A stretch of DNA of 64,000 bases from Auanema rhodensis (lineage: Eukaryota; Animalia; Nematoda), in assembly GCA_964057225.1 (NCBI GenBank), contig OZ059899.1, positions 21,328,001 to 21,392,000 on the forward strand, in the 5' to 3' direction. Under the pieces are notes generated by a model, which ran no database searches, was not told the origin of the DNA, and saw nothing but the letters and a program-made list of their open reading frames with translations. A program made the position numbers and the translations under genes. Positions 55,601 through 64,000 of this stretch are shown piece after piece; position 1 is the first letter of the stretch; the number at the start of each line of letters is the position of its first letter.

Positions 55601-58600
55601 CAAAAATTAGTTATGATCGTTTGAAAAATGATGCATTAGTGTATGTTGAGTTTCCATGTACACTAACATTGCTTCCAAAAACATTTTGACAAAAATTTTT
55701 TCAAAAAATTTCAAAATAATTTAGCAAAAAGTAGATGTTTTTAGATTCCTTTTTTCAAGGCGAAGACGATGGACAATGTTATTCAACGAAAAAATTAATT
55801 CTTCAGGGTGAAAATCGAGGATATAAGTGTGAACTTATATCAGTTGATATCTCGGTGCATTTTTAAGCTAGCGCAAATCTGATAACACAGATCGACGCAG
55901 CTTAAAAATCCCCATCGAATGCACTATACTACATTGAGAAACGCTTAATTCAAAAAATTAGTTATGATCGTTTGAAAAATGATGCCTTAGTGTATGTTGA
56001 GTTTCCATGTACACTCAACATTGCTTCCAAAAACATTTTGACAAAAATGTTTTCGAAAAATTTCAAAATAATTTAGCAAAAAGTAGATGTTTTTAGATTC
56101 CTTTTTTCAAGGCAAAGACGATGGACAATGTTATTCAACGAAAAAATTAATTCTTCAGGGTGAAAATCGAGGATATATGTGTGAACTTATATCAGTTGAT
56201 ATCTCGGTGCATTTTTAAGCTAGCGCAAATCTGATAACACAGATCGACGCAGCTTAAAAATCCGCATCGAATGCACTATACTACATTGAGAAACGCTTAA
56301 TACAAAAATTAGTTATGATCGTTTGAAAAATGATGCATTAGTGTATGTTGAGTTTCCATGTACACTCAACATTGCTTCCAAAAACATTTTGACAAAAATT
56401 TTTTCGAAAAATTTCAAATTAATTTAGCAAAAAGTAGATGTTTTTAGATTCCTTTTTTCAAGGCAAAGACGATGGACAATGTTATTCAACAAAAAAATTA
56501 ATTCTTCAGGGTGAAAATCGAGGATATATGTGTGAACTTATATCAGTTGATATCTCGGTGCATTTTTAAGCTAGCGCAAATCTGATAACACAGATCGACG
56601 CAGCTTAAAAATCCGCATCGAATGCACTATACTACATTGAGAAACGCTCAATACAAAAATTAGTTATGATCGTTTGAAAAATGATGCATTAGTGTATGTT
56701 GAGTTTCCATGTACACTAACATTGCTTCCAAAAACATTTTGACAAAAATTTTTTCAAAAAATTTCAAAATAATTTAGCAAAAAGTAGATGTTTTTAGATT
56801 CCTTTTTTCAAGGCGAAGACGATGGACAATGTTATTCAACGAAAAAATTAATTCTTCAGGGTGAAAATCGAGGATATAAGTGTGAACTTATATCAGTTGA
56901 TATCTCGGTGCATTTTTAAGCTAGCGCAAATCTGATAACACAGATCGACGCAGCTTAAAAATCCCCATCGAATGCACTATACTACATTGAGAAACGCTTA
57001 ATTCAAAAAATTAGTTATGATCGTTTGAAAAATGATGCCTTAGTGTATGTTGAGTTTCCATGTACACTCAACATTGCTTCCAAAAACATTTTGACAAAAA
57101 TGTTTTCGAAAAATTTCAAAATAATTTAGCAAAAAGTAGATGTTTTTAGATTCCTTTTTTCAAGGCAAAGACGATGGACAATGTTATTCAACGAAAAAAT
57201 TAATTCTTCAGGGTGAAAATCGAGGATATATGTGTGAACTTATATCAGTTGATATCTCGGTGCATTTTTAAGCTAGCGCAAATCTGATAACACAGATCGA
57301 CGCAGCTTAAAAATCCGCATCGAATGCACTATACTACATTGAGAAACGCTTAATACAAAAATTAGTTATGATCGTTTGAAAAATGATGCATTAGTGTATG
57401 TTGAGTTTCCATGTACACTCAACATTGCTTCCAAAAACATTTTGACAAAAATTTTTTCGAAAAATTTCAAATTAATTTAGCAAAAAGTAGATGTTTTTAG
57501 ATTCCTTTTTTCAAGGCAAAGACGATGGACAATGTTATTCAACAAAAAAATTAATTCTTCAGGGTGAAAATCGAGGATATATGTGTGAACTTATATCAGT
57601 TGATATCTCGGTGCATTTTTAAGCTAGCGCAAATCTGATAACACAGATCGACGCAGCTTAAAAATCCGCATCGAATGCACTATACTACATTGAGAAACGC
57701 TCAATACAAAAATTAGTTATGATCGTTTGAAAAATGATGCATTAGTGTATGTTGAGTTTCCATGTACACTCAACATTGCTTCCAAAAACATTTTGACAAA
57801 AATTTTTTCAAAAAATTTCAGAATAATTTAGCAAAAAGTAGATGTTTTTAGATTCCTTTTTTCAAGGCGAAGACGATGGACAATGTTATTCAACAAAAAA
57901 ATTAATTCTTCAGGGTGAAAATCGAGGATATATGTGTGAACTTATATCAGTTGATATCTCGGTGCATTTTTAAGCTAGCGCAAATCTGATAACACAGATC
58001 GACGCAGCTTAAAAATCCGCATCGAATGCACTATACTACATTGAGAAACGCTTAATACAAAAATTAGTTATGATCGTTTGAAAAATGATGCATTAGTGTA
58101 TGTTGAGTTTCCATGTACACTCAACATTGCTTCCAAAAACATTTTGACAAAAATTTTTTCGAAAAATTTCAAATTAATTTAGCAAAAAGTAGATGTTTTT
58201 AGATTCCTTTTTTCAAGGCAAAGACGATGGACAATGTTATTCAACAAAAAAATTAATTCTTCAGGGTGAAAATCGAGGATATATGTGTGAACTTATATCA
58301 GTTGATATCTCGGTGCATTTTTAAGCTAGCGCAAATCTGATAACACAGATCGACGCAGCTTAAAAATCCGCATCGAATGCACTATACTACATTGAGAAAC
58401 GCTTAATACAAAAATTAGTTATGATCGTTTGAAAAATGATGCATTAGTGTATGTTGAGTTTCCATGTACACTAACATTGCTTCCAAAAACATTTTGACAA
58501 AAATTTTTTCAAAAAATTTCAAAATAATTTAGCAAAAAGTAGATGTTTTTAGATTCCTTTTTTCAAGGCGAAGACGATGGACAATGTTATTCAACGAAAA

Positions 58601-61600
58601 AATTAATTCTTCAGGGTGAAAATCGAGGATATAAGTGTGAACTTATATCAGTTGATATCTCGGTGCATTTTTAAGCTAGCGCAAATCTGATAACACAGAT
58701 CGACGCAGCTTAAAAATCCCCATCGAATGCACTATACTACATTGAAAAACGCTTAATACAAAAATTAGTTATGATCGTTTGAAAAATGATGCATTAGTGT
58801 ATGTTGAGTTTCCATGTACACTCAACATTGCTTCCAAAAACATTTTGACAAAAATTTTTTCGAAAAATTTCAAAATAATTTAGCAAAAAGTAGATGTTTT
58901 TAGATTCCTTTTTTCAAGGCAAAGACGATGGACAATGTTATTCAACGAAAAAATTAATTCTTCAGGGTGAAAATCGAGGATATATGTGTGAACTTATATC
59001 AGTTGATATCTCGGTGCATTTTTAAGCTAGCGCAAATCTGATAACACAGATCGACGCAGCTTAAAAATCCGCATCGAATGCACTATACTACATTGAGAAA
59101 CGCTTAATACAAAAATTAGTTATGATCGTTTGAAAAATGATGCATTAGTGTATGTTGAGTTTCCATGTACACTAACATTGCTTCCAAAAACATTTTGACA
59201 AAAATTTTTTCAAAAAATTTCAAAATAATTTAGCAAAAAGTAGATGTTTTTAGATTCCTTTTTTCAAGGCGAAGACGATGGACAATGTTATTCAACGAAA
59301 AAATTAATTCTTCAGGGTGAAAATCGAGGATATAAGTGTGAACTTATATCAGTTGATATCTCGGTGCATTTTTAAGCTAGCGCAAATCTGATAACACAGA
59401 TCGACGCAGCTTAAAAATCCCCATCGAATGCACTATACTACATTGAAAAACGCTTAATACAAAAATTAGTTATGATCGTTTGAAAAATGATGCATTAGTG
59501 TATGTTGAGTTTCCATGTACACTCAACATTGCTTCCAAAAACATTTTGACAAAAATTTTTTCGAAAAATTTCAAAATAATTTAGCAAAAAGTAGATGTTT
59601 TTAGATTCCTTTTTTCAAGGCAAAGACGATGGACAATGTTATTCAACGAAAAAATTAATTCTTCAGGGTGAAAATCGAGGATATATGTGTGAACTTATAT
59701 CAGTTGATATCTCGGTGCATTTTTAAGCTAGCGCAAATCTAATAATACAGATCGACGCAGCTTAAAAATCCGCATCGAATGCACTATACAACATTGAGAA
59801 ACGCTTAATACAAAAATTAGTTATGATCGTTTGAAAAATGATGCCTTAGTGTATGTTGAGTTTCCATGTACACTCAACATTGCTTCCAAAAACATTTTGA
59901 CAAAAATTTTTTCGAAAAATTTCAAAATAATTTAGCAAAAAGTAGATGTTTTTAGATTCCTTTTTTCAAGGCAAAGACGATGGACAATGTTATTCAACGA
60001 AAAAATTAATTCTTCAGGGTGAAAATCGAGGATATATGTGTGAACTTATATCAGTTGATATCTCGGTGCATTTTTAAGCTAGCGCAAATCTGATAACACA
60101 GATCGACGCAGCTTAAAAATCCGCATCGAATGCACTATACTACATTGAGAAACGCTTAATACAAAAATTAGTTATGATCGTTTGAAAAATGATGCATTAG
60201 TGTATGTTGAGTTTCCATGTACACTCAACATTGCTTCCAAAAACATTTTGACAAAAATTTTTTCAAAAAATTTCAAAATAATTTAACAAAAAGTAGATGT
60301 TTTTAGATTCCTTTTTTCAAGGCAAAGACGATGGACAATGTTATTCAACAAAAAAATTAATTCTTCAGGGTGAAAATCGAGGATATATGTGTGAACTTAT
60401 ATCAGTTGATATCTCGGTGCATTTTTAAGCTAGCGCAAATCTGATAACACAGATCGACGCAGCTTAAAAATCCGCATCGAATGCACTATACTACATTGAG
60501 AAACGCTTAATACAAAAATTAGTTATGATCGTTTGAAAAATGATGCATTAGTGTATGTTAAGTTTCCATGTACAATCAACATTGCTTCCAAAAACATTTT
60601 GACAAAAATTTTTTCGAAAAATTTCAAAATAATTTAGCAAAAAGTAGATGTTTTTAGATTCCTTTTTTCAAGGCAAAGACGATGGACAATGTTATTCAAC
60701 AAAAAAATTAATTCTTCAGGGTGAAAATCGAGGATATATGTGTGAACTTATATCAGTTGATATCTCGGTGCATTTTTAAGCTAGCGCAAATCTGATAACA
60801 CAGATCGACGCAGCTTAAAAATCCGCATCGAATGCACTATACTACATTGAGAAACGCTTAATACAAAAATTAGTTATGATCGTTTGAAAAATGATGCCTT
60901 AGTGTATGTTGAGTTTCCATGTACACTCAACATTGCTTCCAAAAACATTTTGACAAAAATTTTTTCGAAAAATTTCAAAATAATTTAGCAAAAAGTAGAT
61001 GTTTTTAGATTCCTTTTTTCAAGGCAAAGACGATGGACAATGTTATTCAACAAAAAAATTAATTCTTCAGGGTGAAAATCGAGGATATATGTGTGAACTT
61101 ATATCAGTTGATATCTCGGTGCATTTTTAAGCTAGCGCAAATCTGATAACACAGATCGACGCAGCTTAAAAATCCGCATCGAATGCACTATACTACATTG
61201 AGAAACGCTTAATACAAAAATTAGTTATGATCGTTTGAAAAATGATGCATTAGTGTATGTTGAGTTTCCATGTACACTCAACATTGCTTCCAAAAACATT
61301 TTGACAAAAATTTTTTCAAAAAATTTCAAAATAATTAAACAAAAAGTAGATGTTTTTAGATTCCTTTTTTCAAGGCAAAGACGATGGACAATGTTATTCA
61401 ACAAAAAAATTAATTCTTCAGGGTGAAAATCGAGGATATATGTGTGAACTTATATCAGTTGATATCTCGGTGCATTTTTAAGCTAGCGCAAATCTGATAA
61501 CACAGATCGACGCAGCTTAAAAATCCGCATCGAATGCACTATACTACATTGAGAAACGCTTAATACAAAAATTAGTTATGATCGTTTGAAAAATGATGCA

Positions 61601-64000
61601 TTAGTGTATGTTAAGTTTCCATGTACAATCAACATTGCTTCCAAAAACATTTTGACAAAAATTTTTTCGAAAAATTTCAAAATAATTTAGCAAAAAGTAG
61701 ATGTTTTTAGATTCCTTTTTTCAAGGCAAAGACGATGGACAATGTTATTCAACAAAAAAATTAATTCTTCAGGGTGAAAATCGAGGATATATGTGTGAAC
61801 TTATATCAGTTGATATCTCGGTGCATTTTTAAGCTAGCGCAAATCTGATAACACAGATCGACGCAGCTTAAAAATCCGCATCGAATGCACTATACTACAT
61901 TGAGAAACGCTTAATACAAAAATTAGTTATGATCGTTTGAAAAATGATGCATTAGTGTATGTTGAGTTTCCATGTACACTAACATTGCTTCCAAAAACAT
62001 TTTGACAAAAATTTTTTCAAAAAATTTCAAAATAATTTAGCAAAAAGTAGATGTTTTTAGATTCCTTTTTTCAAGGCGAAGACGATGGACAATGTTATTC
62101 AACGAAAAAATTAATTCTTCAGGGTGAAAATCGAGGATATAAGTGTGAACTTATATCAGTTGATATCTCGGTGCATTTTTAAGCTAGCGCAAATCTGATA
62201 ACACAGATCGACGCAGCTTAAAAATCCCCATCGAATGCACTATACTACATTGAAAAACGCTTAATACAAAAATTAGTTATGATCGTTTGAAAAATGATGC
62301 ATTAGTGTATGTTGAGTTTCCATGTACACTCAACATTGCTTCCAAAAACATTTTGACAAAAATTTTTTCGAAAAATTTCAAAATAATTTAGCAAAAAGTA
62401 GATGTTTTTAGATTCCTTTTTTCAAGGCAAAGACGATGGACAATGTTATTCAACGAAAAAATTAATTCTTCAGGGTGAAAATCGAGGATATATGTGTGAA
62501 CTTATATCAGTTGATATCTCGGTGCATTTTTAAGCTAGCGCAAATCTGATAACACAGATCGACGCAGCTTAAAAATCCGCATCGAATGCACTATACTACA
62601 TTGAGAAACGCTTAATACAAAAATTAGTTATGATCGTTTGAAAAATGATGCATTAGTGTATGTTGAGTTTCCATGTACACTAACATTGCTTCCAAAAACA
62701 TTTTGACAAAAATTTTTTCAAAAAATTTCAAAATAATTTAGCAAAAAGTAGATGTTTTTAGATTCCTTTTTTCAAGGCGAAGACGATGGACAATGTTATT
62801 CAACGAAAAAATTAATTCTTCAGGGTGAAAATCGAGGATATAAGTGTGAACTTATATCAGTTGATATCTCGGTGCATTTTTAAGCTAGCGCAAATCTGAT
62901 AACACAGATCGACGCAGCTTAAAAATCCCCATCGAATGCACTATACTACATTGAAAAACGCTTAATACAAAAATTAGTTATGATCGTTTGAAAAATGATG
63001 CATTAGTGTATGTTGAGTTTCCATGTACACTCAACATTGCTTCCAAAAACATTTTGACAAAAATTTTTTCGAAAAATTTCAAAATAATTTAGCAAAAAGT
63101 AGATGTTTTTAGATTCCTTTTTTCAAGGCAAAGACGATGGACAATGTTATTCAACGAAAAAATTAATTCTTCAGGGTGAAAATCGAGGATATATGTGTGA
63201 ACTTATATCAGTTGATATCTCGGTGCATTTTTAAGCTAGCGCAAATCTAATAATACAGATCGACGCAGCTTAAAAATCCGCATCGAATGCACTATACAAC
63301 ATTGAGAAACGCTTAATACAAAAATTAGTTATGATCGTTTGAAAAATGATGCCTTAGTGTATGTTGAGTTTCCATGTACACTCAACATTGCTTCCAAAAA
63401 CATTTTGACAAAAATTTTTTCGAAAAATTTCAAAATAATTTAGCAAAAAGTAGATGTTTTTAGATTCCTTTTTTCAAGGCAAAGACGATGGACAATGTTA
63501 TTCAACGAAAAAATTAATTCTTCAGGGTGAAAATCGAGGATATATGTGTGAACTTATATCAGTTGATATCTCGGTGCATTTTTAAGCTAGCGCAAATCTG
63601 ATAACACAGATCGACGCAGCTTAAAAATCCGCATCGAATGCACTATACTACATTGAGAAACGCTTAATACAAAAATTAGTTATGATCGTTTGAAAAATGA
63701 TGCATTAGTGTATGTTGAGTTTCCATGTACACTCAACATTGCTTCCAAAAACATTTTGACAAAAATTTTTTCAAAAAATTTCAAAATAATTTAACAAAAA
63801 GTAGATGTTTTTAGATTCCTTTTTTCAAGGCAAAGACGATGGACAATGTTATTCAACAAAAAAATTAATTCTTCAGGGTGAAAATCGAGGATATATGTGT
63901 GAACTTATATCAGTTGATATCTCGGTGCATTTTTAAGCTAGCGCAAATCTGATAACACAGATCGACGCAGCTTAAAAATCCGCATCGAATGCACTATACT
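31637..64000. repeat. Uninterrupted homogeneous SatA array (~92 monomers) with local higher-order repeats
   Basis: 351-bp period to the window end. Diagnostic variants recur at 701, 1053, 1755, 2460 and 3508 bp. Confidence 0.98.

Noticed and set aside
61235-61426. Second 63-aa ORF
   Set aside because: Same frame, opened independently by TAG>AAA (TAA in related copies). Two of ~160 monomers is consistent with neutral mutation.
1-64000. CRISPR-like or other prokaryotic repeat-spacer array
   Set aside because: There are no unique spacers and no cas or other genes; whole monomers are repeated.
1-64000. CpG methylation-driven decay
   Set aside because: SatA keeps about 12 CpGs per monomer. CpG transitions occur, but by rough count they are not clearly enriched over the general C>T/G>A bias.

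Overview
The whole 64 kb window is non-coding, AT-rich tandem satellite DNA, most likely eukaryotic (peri)centromeric heterochromatin. I see no genes, RNA genes, CRISPR array or transposase. About 160 head-to-tail copies of a 351-bp monomer (SatA, ~31% GC by my count) are interrupted between 6.9 and 31.6 kb by seven islands of a different 176-bp satellite (SatB; 5.7, 5.7, 5.7, 1.7, 8.7, 5.7 and 5.7 monomers). All seven islands share identical junctions, so they descend from one capture event that was later amplified as a composite higher-order repeat. One SatA region (4.2-4.5 kb) carries two templated inverted insertions resembling alternative end-joining scars. SatA variants define higher-order repeats of 2, 3, 5, 6, 7 and 10 monomers and two variant domains whose boundary coincides with the SatB islands. 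Both monomers are rich in dyad symmetry. I cannot name the species or satellite family. I found no protein-based system; any novelty lies in the satellite architecture and its history.
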